Shown: positions 22,631-37,399 of the stretch, piece by piece
Layout: the number at the start of each line of letters is the position of its first letter
Numbering within the stretch: the stretch's first letter is position 1
NCBI GenBank assembly: GCA_001662655.1
Contig: KV460206.1
Length of the DNA: 64,000 bases
From: Pseudogymnoascus verrucosus
Lineage: Eukaryota
Strand: one strand, 5' to 3'
Program-made: the position numbers and the translations under genes
The notes under the pieces: generated by a model
Database searches by the model: none
Told to the model about the DNA's origin: nothing
The model's input: the letters and a program-made list of their open reading frames with translations, nothing else

Positions 22631-23657
22631 ATGACGACTCGGCAGCGCAAAAAGGCGACGCCAGACACCATCGCTGAGAAGGTCATCAAAGCGGAGGGGA
22701 AGGTCAAAGATGCCTTAGTTGTGCTCTGGGATGACCTCCCAAGCTGGCAGCAAGACAATCACTATATCATCTCGGGATATCGTCCAGCATCAGAGTCTTT
22801 TGCCAAATCATTCGGAAGTCTTGGCTATCTTCACAACGAATCTGTGAATATATTCTCCCATCTGATACCCTCCATCGGGTCAGTGGTCTTGGCAATAGCC
22901 CTCTACAGAGTTGTGGTGCCTCGATATGAGTCTATCACCCAGGGTGATATTCTTGCATTTGCCTGCTTTTTCGCAGGGGCAGCATTCTGCCTGGGGATGT
23001 CGGCAACCTATCACGCCATCTCAAACCACTCTCATGTCGTGGCAAGATTTGGAAACAAGTTGGACTATGTAGGAATCGTATTCCTGATCACCGGCAGCTT
23101 CATCCCGAGTATTTACTATGGCTTCTACTGCCATCCCCATTTACAGCAGACTTATTGGACAATGGTGAGCTCCCAGCCCAGCGACCTGCTTTTATATCTC
23201 TGACCAGGAATGCAGATATGCACCTTGGGGCTTGGCTGCGCAACGGTTTCGATATTCGAAAAGTTCCGTACACCAGCGTGGCGCCCGTATCGAGCTGGCA
23301 TGTTCGTTGCCATGGGTCTGTCTGCCGTCTTCCCCGTGCTTCACGGCGTGCAAGTCTATGGCGTACAAGACATGCGGGACCGAATTGGTCTTATTTGGCT
23401 CCTTACCCAGGGCGCATTATATATTTTAGGCGCGGGAATCTATGCTGTAAGCCACACCCGAGATTCGAAGTGGAGCCCCTTTTGCTGATGATCAATAGGC
23501 ACGATGGCCGGAACGAACGGAACCTGGAAAATATGATATTTGGGGAAGTTCGCATCAAATATTCCACATATTGGTAGTTTTGGCGGCGGTAACGCACTTT
23601 TACGGCCTGGTAGTTGCGTTTGACTTTCATCACGGAGCAAACGCGGCAGTGTGTTGA
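22631..23657 (+). CDS. PAQR / haemolysin-III family membrane protein (IZH-like)
   Basis: WQQDNHYIISGYRP, HNESVNIFSH, SATYHAISNHS, LDYVGI, and last exon RWPER...GKYDIWGSSHQIFH. Introns 23165-23215 and 23447-23498. Confidence 0.92.
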
Positions 23658-24052
23658 ACCTAACAAAGTCTATATCCCCGAAAAGTTATTTGGGTGGCCA
23701 TATTATTGTAAATATTTATAGAGGAATGGAATTTTGGTATTAAATCAAGACTTATGATTAGATTAGAAAGTACGACATTTCTGGCAACCGAAGAGGACAG
23801 TGCTATAATTGGAGCTTCGGCGACTGACAGCCGTTTTCCGAGGCTTGCTTACCTACCTACCCCGGAGTTAGCCTCGGCATGGCCCATCTGGGGTACGCCC
23901 CGCATTCAGTCCCTCAGTCCCTCGGGTGTGCACTCATTTGTACCGCGATACCCAATCCATTTATAATCTTTGATAGGGAAGCTGGCTTAACTTTCAAAGA
24001 TATATTCTAAATTGCAAACCTCTCATCTCCATACCATATCCCTTCATACACA

Positions 24053-25060
24053 ATGGCTTCCCGCGCACAACAGATTGCTGGCCACTTGAACTGGCCAAAG
24101 GGCATGCTTGCTGGCCAAGTTGCTATCATCACTGGCTCTGGTCAAGGAATTGGTGCTGAGGCCGCGAGGCTCTTTGCCAACGAGGGTGCTAAGGTTGTCG
24201 TCGCTGATATTGACGCTGGTAAGCTTGCTATCTTGACTGCGCCTGAGAATGTATACTAACTGCGACTTAAAGCCAAGGCTGCTGATGTCGCAAAGAAGAT
24301 CAACGAGTCTGGTGGCAGCGCTATCTCTGTCGCTGGCGACGTCTTAGATGAGAACTACCTGAAGGACTTGGTGAAGAAGGCGGCAAAGTTTGGAAATGGG
24401 AAAATTCATATCATCGTGAACAACGCTGGCTTCACTTGGGACGGAGTTATCCACAAGGTAAGCTCTCCAATAAACTGCAGCTCTAGGCGCAACGTCGATA
24501 CTGGACAGTAGCAGCCAAAGACAAGCACTGACATGCGCCAGATGACCGACAAGCAATGGGAGACCATGCTCGCGGTCCACAACACCGCCCCCTTCAAGCT
24601 CGTCCGCGCTGCCGCCCCCTACTTCCGCGTCAAGGACGGCGAGCCCCGCAACATCATCAACATCTCCTCCACCTCCGGTGTGCACGGCAACGCCGGACAG
24701 GCCAACTACGCTGTCGGCAAGGCCGGTATTGTCGGCCTCACCAAGGTCATTGCTAAGGAGTGGGGACCAGCGTTCGGCGTCCGCGCCAACACCATCGCGT
24801 TTGGGCACATCGCCACGCGCTTGACGCAGGCGAAGGAGAAGGGTGCGTTTGTTACCACCCCTGATGGAGAGAAGATTGCTCTTGGTATCCCCGGCATGGG
24901 AGAGCCGCCAAAGGACGGATCGGTTGCATTTGCCGATATCCCATTGAGGAGACCAGGTAGCCCGTCTGAGGGAGCCAGCTCTATCCTGGCTGTCGCCAGT
25001 CCGCTTTTCTCTTATGTTAGTGGCCAGACCATTATGGTTACGGGTGGAAGGAATATGTAA
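24053..25060 (+). CDS. Short-chain dehydrogenase/reductase (3-oxoacyl-ACP reductase-like)
   Basis: TGSGQGIG Rossmann motif, VNNAG, NISS, and YAVGK (YxxxK). Introns 24219-24272 and 24458-24541. Confidence 0.9.
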
Positions 25061-25274
25061 AGTACGATAAGATGTAATCACAGTTAGAAAATCCATATAT
25101 GTTCATCATTCTTATGATTCCGTGCCATGCATCCACAAGATCTTGCGCCAGCGCTGCTAACGTAATTTATCACACCCAGCAACTATACAGAAAATTGTAG
25201 TTTATAACGGTTACAGTTGACATGACATGTATTAGTATAGTAAACCCCCTCCCCAAACTCCCATATACATCCCT

Positions 25275-26210
<936 letters not shown>

Positions 26211-26708
26211 TTATTGGTATTGGCTCAGGAGACGGCTGGCTGGGGAAGCTGCAGCCGAGGGGATTGGGTTAGCTCCCGCGCCAGGTTGCTTGCACATCTG
26301 GAAGCTAACGACTTTGGTTCAGTCAACTGTCAAATGTTAAAAGACTGAGACACTGTGCATGACGGTAGCGATTACAGCAATTGTAATTGAAACAGAATTT
26401 CTCAATTACTGAAGGCTATAAGAAACAATTGCGACAAGGGATGCCAAGGTAATATATTCATTCTTTCAAGGGCGTAGGCTCTAATCAGCCATATCCACCC
26501 ACGCAGCGTCAAGCTTCTCTCTATGTAACTATCGAACAATGAACACAATGAAACCTTCCTGGCATCCCTATAAAGAACAAGATATGCTAACGCCACCTAT
26601 GCAACGCCTGCTGCTACCCAAAGAAACTATACAGGTGCAATGACTGCGGGAAAGTCACAAGATCCCGCTAAATGACAAACAAATACAAAATATAAAGCCT
26701 CCCAGTCA

Positions 26709-29390
26709 TCACAGGTCTCCCTCAACCAATTGCTCGCTGGCTATCGTGAGAAGCTTGGCTGCTGTTCCGACAGCTTTCTCGGCAGCTTTCCAATCGCCGG
26801 CCTCAATAGCGTCGCGGATGGCAGGGAAAAATGACTCGTCGTACCCAGACCAGGCTTGAGGAGCAAACAGGACGTGTTTGAATTGTTCACGGCCGGGAAC
26901 CTAAGTCACATGTGTTAGGCAGGGTCTAAATAGGAGGGGATTGATAGGGTTAAGACTTACTCCACCTCCAACCTCTAAGTCCAGAAGGAGAGTCTCGAAA
27001 TCTGAAGCGCGGTTGTTGTAGCTTTGTCGAATGATGCTTACATCCATTTGCTCATAGCCTCCATTGTTGTTTATAAAATTCCTCCAGTACGTCTCCCAAG
27101 ACCTGTATCGTTCTGCATCCCCTTTGAATTTAAGGGCAGCGGCACGAAGCGGTTCGATGTCCCACTTCGGTTTACCGGCTTGGTTCGCCCCCTTGGATCC
27201 GGCCCATTGATTGAGATCCTCAACATACTTCCCAATAGCAGTGGCGTAGGAAGGCATACTCAATGGAAGAATTGGGTTATCCGCCATTTCTAGAACAAGT
27301 AAACTCCAGACTTGGCATAGCATATGATGGTATAGGAAACCAGGGTCGCCAAACTTTTCCATCCACTCAAAGTTGTCGTATACAGAGTGGTATGGGAACC
27401 GCTCGCCGGAAAATCCAATGTCAATAGACGATACACCTGCGATGTCTTGGAATGCTACGTAATCACTCCCAGCGCCGAGGCCCTCGAGTTTGCTTTTAGA
27501 CTCCTCCCAGAGCTGCAGTAACGTACTGCCGTTTCGCACAGGGTTATTGATTCGGTCCATGACAACACGGATAACCTCTTCAAACGCAGGAGAAGCAGAG
27601 GCTTGGAAGTCCTGTCCGCTGACTGCTACATCGACGTTTATATAGGCAACTCCATTCGCCCGTAGCTTGTCGATATTGTTTTCGACGTATTCAGTAGAGC
27701 CAATAAGGTTGTACTCCTCTCCATCCCAGCTGGCGAATTCAATGGTTCGTAGAGGCCGCCACCCATGGCGTTTAAGCTCTCCGAAAATTCGGGCCATTTC
27801 GATAAGTATAGCTGTCCCAGATCCTGGATCAGCGGCACCATATGCCCATGCATCGCGATGGTTACCAATGATAATTGACTTCTCGCTTTGCTCAACTCCT
27901 TGAATTCGCCCGATGACGTTCCAGATTGGCTGTTGCTCAACCTCATCCTGTTCATTCTTGAGGTGAACCACTGGCGACGACAGGTCTCCAGTCCACCATT
28001 CGACATCTGGCACGCCACCCTTCCATTCTGGAGGTACGGCTTGCCCGTGGCCCTTCAAAGATTGCAGGAGGATTTGGGCATCACGCCAAGCTAGAGGAAT
28101 GCTGGGGATCTTGTTAAGGCCGGGGTTGTCTGCTACTGGCAAACGCTTTGCACCCTTAACACTTGCCCAACCAGGTGTCAGAACATCTCCAATTACCCAG
28201 CTCATCAAGCTGACTGAACCCCTCTGAACACCATCGGCCGGCATGAACCTCCCATCGGGCCAGGCCTTCCCCTTGACAAACCCATCTTCGGCAGGATCGC
28301 TGTAGATGATGCATCCCGCAAAACCCGCTTGTTCCGCAGCCTTAACCTTCAAGGACCTGTCACCTTGAGACCCGTAATATTTCACCAATGCAATCGCGCC
28401 CTTTGTGTCGATCCCGCTGTCCTTCAATCGCTTGAAATCCTCCCTTGACCCAAAATTGGCATATATTAACGGGCCCTTTACGTGTCCTGACTTTGAATGG
28501 CCATGGAAAGCCAGGGCTTGCTGCCTCCTTTCTTCTGGGTACACATTATCCTCTTCGAGCTTTGCCTTCCACTTGACCGAGCCATCCGCGTTCAAAATCT
28601 CCACTGCACGCCCGCCAGCCTTTGGGTAGTTTAGATATACATCGTATCTGTCTCTTACTACGTTTTCTAGCCCAGCATTGAGGAACTGCTGCTGAATCCA
28701 GTTGCTTAGCGCAAAGTCACCTTGTGTTCCAGCAAGATGGTCGTAAGCTGTGAGATGTTCGAGGTTGTCTCTTATCTTCTCCGAATCAATCTGCTCTTGT
28801 AGCCACTCCCTCACACGACCTGGGTCAAACATTTGACCCCCCATGCGACGTGACGCATTCGAGAAAAAGTCGCTCATAAAGAGTAGGTAGGCCAGCCCTA
28901 CTACTACAAGGAGCGCAAACATCCGGGCCAGTAGTATGAAGATCGAAGCGTCCATTTCCGGCATCTTGAACTTCCACTTCGGCAGCCGAAACTTAAACGG
29001 AAAGTGTAATGACTGGGAGATACTGGATATGCGCTTTCCCCAGCGGGATTGTTCTGCTGGGGGCTCCTCTATCTCCATCTCGTCCATTTCTCGCCGCATC
29101 TCTGCATCCTCCGCCGCCATTGAATCTCTTCCTTCATCTGATCCAAGGAATTCGAGAGAGTCCAAGCTGTCTCGCCGAGATTCGTCATCCTCCGTGGGAG
29201 GCGGGCGGTAACCTATGCGTCGTGTTGGTACAGGGAGCCGGGCTTCGTCGCCCAGAAGCCCTTGACGCTCTTCATTATTGCTTGCTTCGTTCGGCCGCGA
29301 CGTTGCAGGTGTAGGGGACCGAGAGGACGTCGCTTCGTCATATGTAGGTATAGGGAGGTTCTCGTATTTGTAGGGCTTCTCGTCGGGCAT
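26709..29390 (-). CDS. Type II membrane M28 peptidase / glutamate carboxypeptidase II-like (PA + M28 + TfR-dimer; Tre/Vps70-like)
   Basis: N-terminal PTY motif and a single TM helix; PA domain (YANFG); Zn ligands GNHRDAW, AADPGSG, WDGEEY, YINVD and YHSVYD. Intron 26901-26960 leads to the last exon VPGREQFKHVLFAPQAWSGY...GDL*. Confidence 0.9.
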
Positions 29391-30038
29391 GGTGCCTCGA
29401 GGGGGGGCGCATGCGGCTCCGGCTGATGATAGTCCAGTAGTCGATGTGGATGCTTAGGTTGATAGGTCTAGGAAAGGATATCCATCACATTCGAATCCAT
29501 TAGATATTGACGTTTCAATGAGACCTCGATGCTGGTGTCTGGCAATGATATGGTATCAATAATGTAAGTCCCTGCGACTGAGGCTATCTGGACGAGGTCC
29601 ACGCACTACTGTACGCTCGGCAGTGGCTTGGTAAAACACCGATATGACAACCCCCCTACAATACATAAAACACCAAGGTATCGCTCGTCATATACTTACA
29701 AGAAAACCAGCAACTGTGCTCAGACCTAGGATAGATATGCTTTAAACACAGATGTGATATAATTGGAATGATTAATAGGTAAGATATTGTACAGTAAAAG
29801 GTCCCATATAGAGACAACCAAGGATGAAAGTTATGCAGCAAGATGCGACATCACGTGCTTGATACATAAAATGAATTGGCAATCAAGCTGAGGGCGGGTG
29901 GTTATCCGTACATTTTGTATGACGGAAGGAAAGCCCGGCAAGTGAAGTACGACTATGCTTCTCTGGCTTCAACCCCCCGCGATCTGAACATCATTCACCT
30001 CAAACTATCAAGCTCTCGTTAGAATATTTGACATCAAG

Positions 30039-30660
30039 ATGGATTACGTCGATAACAGAGTGGCTAAAGGTATATACTAAACATCCGCGAAGCCGATCGT
30101 CTGCTAATTGTTCTTTAGAGGCCGCAAGGTCGTTGCCAAAGGCTGAAGTGTTTGTTGGCATCTCTCAGAACCTCGCACCCTAGCTAACTCTAGTCTAACA
30201 AAGAGCGACATTATTCACGCCCATCAATGCCATCCTGCTCTCACTCTTCGTCCTTATTATCTACTACCAACTACGTCCTAAGACACCAACCGTCCTTCCG
30301 AAGCAGCCTCCCGCCGTCGTCTTCCAAACCTTCACCCCACGCACTTTACTACCAAATAACGGGGCAGACGGCGCGCCAGTATATCTCTCAGTACGAGGCC
30401 GTGTCTTCGATGTTACCTCTGGCCGCCAGTTCTACGGGCCAGGCGGACCATACGAAAACTTCGCTGGACGAGATGCCAGCCGAGGACTGGCTCATGGCAG
30501 CTTCGACGAGGATATGCTGACGAGTGACTTGGATGGGCCGTTGGATACGTTGAGTGATCTCAATGACGAGCAGAAGGACGCACTGAAGGGGTGGGAGGAG
30601 AGGTTCAACGAGAAGTATCTGGTTGTGGGGAAGCTTGTTGCTGCCGGCGAGGAGGAATGA
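30039..30660 (+). CDS. DAP1: Heme-binding MAPR / cytochrome b5-like protein (Dap1/PGRMC family)
   Basis: Absent from the ORF track. The main exon reads LFTPINAILLSLFVLIIYYQLRPK (TM)...VYLSVRGRVFDVTSGRQFYGPGGPYENFAGRDASRGLA...WEERFNEKYLVVGKLV. There are two short 5' introns (~30070-30118, ~30150-30203; the second boundary is less certain). Confidence 0.92.
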
Positions 30661-30900
30661 AGCGGACCAGAGAATCAGGAACAACGCCAGGAAGGTCGTA
30701 TGCTTTTTTTTAACGACGCTGTCAAGCGATAATGCAGGTAAAAGTTCAAAATTTGACATGCACCCGTAGCCTTCCAGCCACGGGAGACTGATTTATGATT
30801 GTATATTGATGACCAGAGAAACGCCCTTGCTCCATGCTGCGCTCATCGACCGTCTGCTCGTAGCATGTCCTTAATTTATCCAAACCACCATCTAAGTTGT

Positions 30901-31214
30901 TCACTTCTTTCCGCTCTTCTTGATTCCTTGTGCGCCAGTGTTGAGGGGTCCCTTGCTTCCCTTTGCCTTCGCGGCGAGCTCAGCCTTGGCTTTCGCATCT
31001 GCAAAATATTAGCATAAGAACGTCTAAGAATGCGCGCATAACATACCAGCGCGCTGCTTCTCTTGGAAAGCTTTGTCCTCGTCATCCAACTCGGCCTTTG
31101 GCGCCTTCTTTGGTGCCTTGAGAGGCTTCGCCTTGCCACCTGCAAAAGGTTAGAACATGTTTGCACCAGAAGATATTTCCGTCATAACATACCTGCTCTG
31201 TCTACGCCACCCAT
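30901..31214 (-). CDS. TMA7: Translation machinery-associated protein 7
   Basis: Three exons (31214-31193, 31139-31047, 30998-30901) give MGGVDRAGGKAKPLKAPKK...LDDEDKAFQEKQRADAKAKAELAAKAKGSKGPLNTGAQGIKKSGKK. Confidence 0.93.
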
Positions 31215-31662
31215 ACTGATGATTATACTTGAATAAGTATTAGTTTAGGTAGATGAGTTGAGTTTGTACGTTGAAGAATCGGAATGTAGATGCAGATAAG
31301 GTTTGCTTCAGATAAACTGGAGGAGGGGCAACTGGAGACGGCGTTTTCCAACGCGCATTGCCGAATGTCACTAGCGCCGCTAGCGCAATCAGTAAGGCAA
31401 GCCTTGTTGTTTCTAGACTCGAAATCTTGGAAGTGACCTCGACTAACACTTCGAACAACGCATCAAATACGTGCAAACAAAGGCTTCAAAGGAAGACGCG
31501 GATTCCAAATACTTGGGCAATGCGCTGAAAACGGAGTACGAGAAGATATATACCCGGTTGGGCTCATTCTCACACAGAGATTCACCTTCTGATCCTTTAC
31601 TAACACGTTCTGGCATCAAAGGGAGTGGGTTATATCGGCCCCAGCAAAGGTCATCCGCGACG

Positions 31663-34104
31663 ATGGCTTCATCTAGTTCGGACGAGGGGGAGATAAGAGA
31701 CCCAGGATTAGACAAGGCAACTACGTCGCCGCAGATGAAAGACACTTCAGTTGACCGTCAACACAGAACACGATCTAGATACTCGCCTTCTCCGTCTTTG
31801 TCGATCGAAGATAGCGTCGTTTCCGCCCTGCGGCGCTCATCAGAGAGACGCTTATCACCAAGGGGTTCAAAGCGAAATCGAGATGACGACCACTACTCTC
31901 GCAATCACAGAGACTCTCGACGATTCAAGGGTCAATACGAAGACCGCCCGACTCAACGGCGTAGCCAACAGCCCTACGAAGATCTGGATAGGGAAGGCGC
32001 CACCCCAGCTGGTCTTCGATACGACGATGGCGACCGGAACCGCGACAGGCGCTCGCGTACTCGAACACGCAGCCGTTCTCCTTATAGAGCCTCTCGCGAA
32101 GCCGAATCTCGAGGCAGTTATAATACGAAACCACAGCGTGACAACTACAGCGGTAGTAAGAGCGATTTGCCTGACAGGCCAAGGATGAATGGATATGGAA
32201 ATCATCAACGCCAGGGTTCAAGAGACCAGTCAGTGAGCAAAAGGGCCGATGGGCGGATGCCAACTGACCTTTCAAATGGAGAGGCTAAATTTGTTCAAGG
32301 ATACTCACAGAAGCGTGGTGATAGCTATAAGGGCGAACGTGATATTGAAAGGTTAGTTCGTGGAATATTCTTGACTGTTTGAATAAATAGCTAACGCTTC
32401 GATAGATCCCACCCCCCTGCGGAAGAACCACCATCTGACACAGAGCCTCTTGATGAAGCAGCATTGATTGAACAGCGACGGAAACGCCGTGAGGCGATTA
32501 AAGCGAAGTATAAGGGTTCGGCCACAGCTACGCCTTTAATGGTGCAGGCTTTACAGATAGGAGACCGAGCAACGCCAGAAACGCGCAGCCAGAGTGAACA
32601 GGACGGCGATGATCAAACTACAAGGAATGCTTCTCCAGACGTTGGCACTCCTTCAACACCCAAAGAAATCCAGGATCCAAGCGCATTCGCGGCCCTGAAT
32701 GACCAAGAGCTAGCCAATGATGCCAGAAGAGCTAATCCGGAGGATGGCCCCTCTGCCGCGGACTACGACCCAACAATGGATATGAAGGAGGACAGATTCC
32801 GGGACGATATACGCCACACTGGAGACGTTCCGTCATCTGCGTACGACGAGACAAAGCCCACAACCGAGCAGGAGGTTTTACTTCCAGCATCCGAGGTGGA
32901 AGAAAAGCCCAAAAAATCAAAGGACGACTTTGACATGTTTGCGGACGACGACGACGATGATATGTTTGCTGAGGAGCCAGAGACAGCAGCTGAGACCACA
33001 CGTAAAACTGGAGACTCGGCCGTCGCCGTCCCAATACCGGAAGCAAAGGTTTTGAATGTTGGGATGCTGGATAACTGGGATGACGCCGAAGGATACTACA
33101 AGGTGATATTGGGTGAGCTCCTCGATGGAAGGTACCACGTCCAGGCCAATCTTGGAAAGGGTATGTTTTCTGGTGTTGTGAGAGCTACCGATATCACAAC
33201 GAAGAGGCTGGTGGCGGTCAAGATGATCCGCGCAAACGAGACCATGAGAAAGGCAGGCATGAAGGAGATCGAAATCCTTCAGAAGTTGATGAGCGCAGAT
33301 GTTGACGATAAAAAGCACATGATTCGATTGGAACGTCATTTCGAGCACAAGGGCCATCTCTGTATGGTTTTTGAGCACCTCAGCATAAACTTACGCGAGG
33401 TGTTAAAGAAGTTTGGCCGGGATGTGGGTATCAACATCCGTGCTGTGCGCGTCTATGCCCAGCAGATGTTTCTTGGGCTGACACTCATGCGCAAATGCAA
33501 TATCCTTCACGCCGATCTGAAACCCGATAATATTCTCGTTACTGAAAACCGGAGCATGCTCAAAATTTGCGATTTGGGATCTGCCTCGGATGCCTCAGAC
33601 AACGAAATCACACCTTACCTTGTGTCACGCTTCTACCGTGCCCCTGAGATTATTTTAGGAATGCCGTACGACTTTGCCATCGACATATGGTCTGTTGGCT
33701 GCACATTGTACGAACTGTATACCGGCAAAATCCTCTTTGTTGGCCGATCTAATAATCAGATGCTACGCTCTATCATGGAATGCCGTGGCAAGTTCACGAC
33801 GAAGATGCTGAGGAAAGCTCAGTTTGCTCACATGCATTTCGACGAGCAGACAAACTTTTTGAGCGTTGAGCAGGACAAGCTGAGCGGGAGGGACACAGTT
33901 AAGACGCTTCCCCTCGCGAAGCCCACCAGGGACCTGAGAACGAGACTTGCGACGGGTGCCAAGGGATTACCAGACGATGAAATGAAGGAGTTGAACCTGT
34001 TCATCGACTTATTGGATAAATGCCTGGCACTAAATCCCGAGAAGAGATGCACGCCGGCAGAGGCGCTGAAGCATCCGTTCCTTAATAGACCAGTTGGTAG
34101 ATAG
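31663..34104 (+). CDS. PRP4: PRP4 (PRPF4B-type) splicing kinase
   Basis: RS-rich N-terminus (SSSSDEGEI) and intron 32352-32405. Kinase domain with DNWDDAEGYY, LGKGMFSGVV, LREVLKKFGRDVGIN, HADLKPDN, CDLGSA and TPYLVSRFYRAPE. Confidence 0.95.
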
Positions 34105-35001
34105 ATGGGAACTGGTTCGAACAGAACCATGGCGCAGTCGAAGCTGATCCAAGGCAGGGTAATTATGGGATTGTAAAAGAGACACAAATATACGGGATGC
34201 TCTACATAATTGCTATAAATAATATGATAACGTCTGTTGAACTGTTGTAATATGTGTTGGCACATGTGAGATCGTCTCAGTTCATATCTGGAGCGAGGCT
34301 GCTGTCATTTGAGTCGTAGCCTCGTCCAGAGTGGGCCTGTTCTAAGCCAAGAGCGGTTACATTCCAGACGAGACCCTCAGGGTAGAGTAACAGATCGACG
34401 AAGGGTGGGGTTTGGAGTCAAGATAACACATCAAATCGATCAAGGTACTACAGGCGCAAGTTGTAAGTACGGGCCGAGCAATGTTTAAGTTGCTCACAGA
34501 ATCATTAAGTTTGCTGGTTACTGTCCACCGCGAGATCATTCACAGCGCTTGTGATAGATGAACATCTAGTCGTGAAACGAATCATAGTAACTGACCCCTG
34601 ACGACCCATAACAGCCACCACCAAAGCGGCACAGTTCTGTTTCAAGTACACCACGTTCCCCCCCTAGACAAGGGGTTTCCAGTCCTTCGGCCTTCGTGCG
34701 GATCATTTCTAAAGAAGATTACAGGTGCTAACAGATCACTGAGAGGAGGGGTTAAGGTCTGAAGGCCTTCATTTCGTCTGAGAGTGGCAGGCGTAACGGC
34801 AAGGCCATAACTACAACTGGACGAGGTGTCATTGCCTGTTCTTTGCTCTACGCCCATGCATTCTTTGTCGTCGTGCACGCCCTCGGATACCACCTACCCT
34901 CTGACCTTGATCTAACTTACTTATCTCGTTGCTTAAGAGACCGCCGCTATCACTTGGCTGATCGAATGCCATCGACCTCTATCACATTGTCGCAAACCAC
35001 A

Positions 35002-36808
35002 ATGTGGAAACGAATGCAGCAGGGCAAGTCTGCGAAGCATCAAAATCAACCTATCTCGCCTGGGAGCAATGGAGGCGCCCTAGAAGGACCTCAGGATTCT
35101 TTTCTCTCGCCCCAGGATGGTAACTACGGGCGAGGCCTGCCAGCTCTGCCAAAGTAAGTAAACACCTGCGATGACCTCAACATGCCAACACTAACAAGAT
35201 CGCAGTGAGTCTGAACAGCGACAAGGAGGCAAATACCGACCAGAGTCATCCGTATACTCCCAGCACTCCCCACAATATCCAGCCCCCGCGACATTCCAAG
35301 AACAAGTCTCGAGCTACGAGGAGCAAGTAGAGATATCCCCGCCCAGTTCACCAGATATCCCTCGAAGTGAAATGGTCTCCCGATCCTATAACACACACCC
35401 AAGTGACGTCCCAGCCGCGCTATCAGCGCACCCGGTCAAAAGCAGCATCCCAGTTGCGCGACGCGAGAAGCGGCGGAACCAGGCACAGGCGACCACAGCG
35501 GGCCACCTTGCGCGGAGAGAGGAGCAAGCGGCTGCTGCTGCTGGGCTGAGAAAGACAAGTGGGACGCGATGGGATGATTACTCGGGGGAGCCTAACGATC
35601 AAGGACGGCCACCGTCCGTGCAACCGGGACAGTTCACGCCGGTAGTTACGAACCTAGAAGATTCATATAATGCAGCGCAGTCAGCTCCCAAGGTGCAGAC
35701 ATCGTTTAGCGACCGAGTGCGGAAGCTGAAGGATGGGAATAAGTCAAACGGACCCAAGCCTGAGTGGAAGGGGTCTAGTGGGAGGATGGCGATCGTTCCG
35801 GCGCCTGAAGATAACCCATCCGCGCCGCCCTTGCAAATCCCCAGAAAGAGCAGCAAGCGCGTGCCTTCCAACCCATCACTGGCTGGTTCGAGAGTCACGT
35901 CCCCTTCTAATGAGACTCCCGTTGTATCACCAACCGCGCACGGTGGCCCGCAGTACTTCCTGAACACCACCTCGGAAGTTCCAGAACCACCACCACACGA
36001 CGAACCCCCCTCGCCCTTAAACTCCCTCCCATCACAACGAGTGCACGCGCGCCGACCTATTGCGGCTCCAGCTACGCCCGATAAATCTACTCTACCACCA
36101 TCCGTCTCCACCATCGAGCGCAACTTCCACGAAGCCCTCAAAGACGTCTCGATCAGCAACCCCTCCAGCAGACCACAAGAAGTCTCCCGCTTCAGCGTCA
36201 CCACCTACGCCCCCTCAACAACCACCACCAACACCTCCTCTCCCCGCCCCAGCACCGACTCCGTCCCCCCCCTCCCAGAGCCCTACCAATACACCAGCTC
36301 CGTCCCCGCGCACTCCCCCATCCTCAACCGCCGCCGCCCCGTCGGCGCACCAAACTACACATTCGACCGCACCACCGGTGCGCTCCGCCACCCTCCCTCG
36401 GGAGAGCCAAAATTCATCAGCATGTCTCACCGCGCGTCACTCTCCAAAGCTCTCCCCAAGTCCCCTGAAGAGGGCGCAGCGCTCGATAAAGTCGCGTTGC
36501 TGCAGGCGCAGCTCGATGACCTCGCGAGGCAGAGGAGTAACATCGATTCTTCGATTCGGCGGATGACGGAGCTGATGCCGGGGGAGATGACGGGATTGGG
36601 GAGGGGGATGAGCAGTGAGGCGAGGATAGCGGAGATGGCGAGGAGGGAGGAGGAGAAGAGGAGGGTGGAGGTGTTGAGGGGGGATTTGGCGGGGGTGAGG
36701 AGGGAGGAGCATGAGGTGGGGTTGAAGTTGCATAGGGCGCTGAAGAAGGCGGATGAGAGGGCGGTTTATGAACCGAGTGGGTTGTGGGTTAGGAGGGTTA
36801 CGGGGTGA
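35002..36808 (+). CDS. Conserved fungal hypothetical protein: Pro/Ser-rich with C-terminal coiled coil
   Basis: ATG at 35002; intron 35154-35205 joins in frame to the 35372 ORF. Motifs SSVYSQ, ISPPSSP, TRWDDYSGEP and C-terminal HEVGLKLHRA...LWVRRVTG. Confidence 0.7.
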
Positions 36809-37399
36809 GGTGGTGGTGGTGGTGGGTAACTGCTGTGCGTGTTTTTTTGGCAGTGGTGCTACGGTGATGAGGGGGTGGTTTCGAGGATGTGTTGATACTG
36901 TGAGGGGGTGGGTTTCTCGGGCGTGTGTGTTCAAATGCTGTATAACAGGCACATTGTACGATATGCATGCAGCATGGATTTGAAACAAGGCTATACGATG
37001 GGGATTTCTTGGGGGGGGTGGAGTGTGGAAGGGCGTTGGTCTAGCGCAAGATACCTGCAGTTATGTTTTTTGTTAGCCATGATTTTACTTGAGCTGAATA
37101 GAAAGCCATGAATAAGTTCCCATTGGGTGCGCATATATGCGACTGTTTCCGTTTCCTGTGTCTCTGGCATGGCATGGCATGGCATGGTATGTACTTACTA
37201 TATACTATGTATACGGAGTACTAGAGTTATTATTGTACTGTCTGTACACCATCGTAACTCGCGTGTTGTGGTGTTGGAGATGTTTCACACCTGTCACATA
37301 ACCGCCCTTAACCGCAATGGGGAAGTTACTGCATTCTGCTATTTCTGCGGATTTAGGCGATGGAGCAATTTTATTGGTTCGCACGTGATGGCGGGCTAG

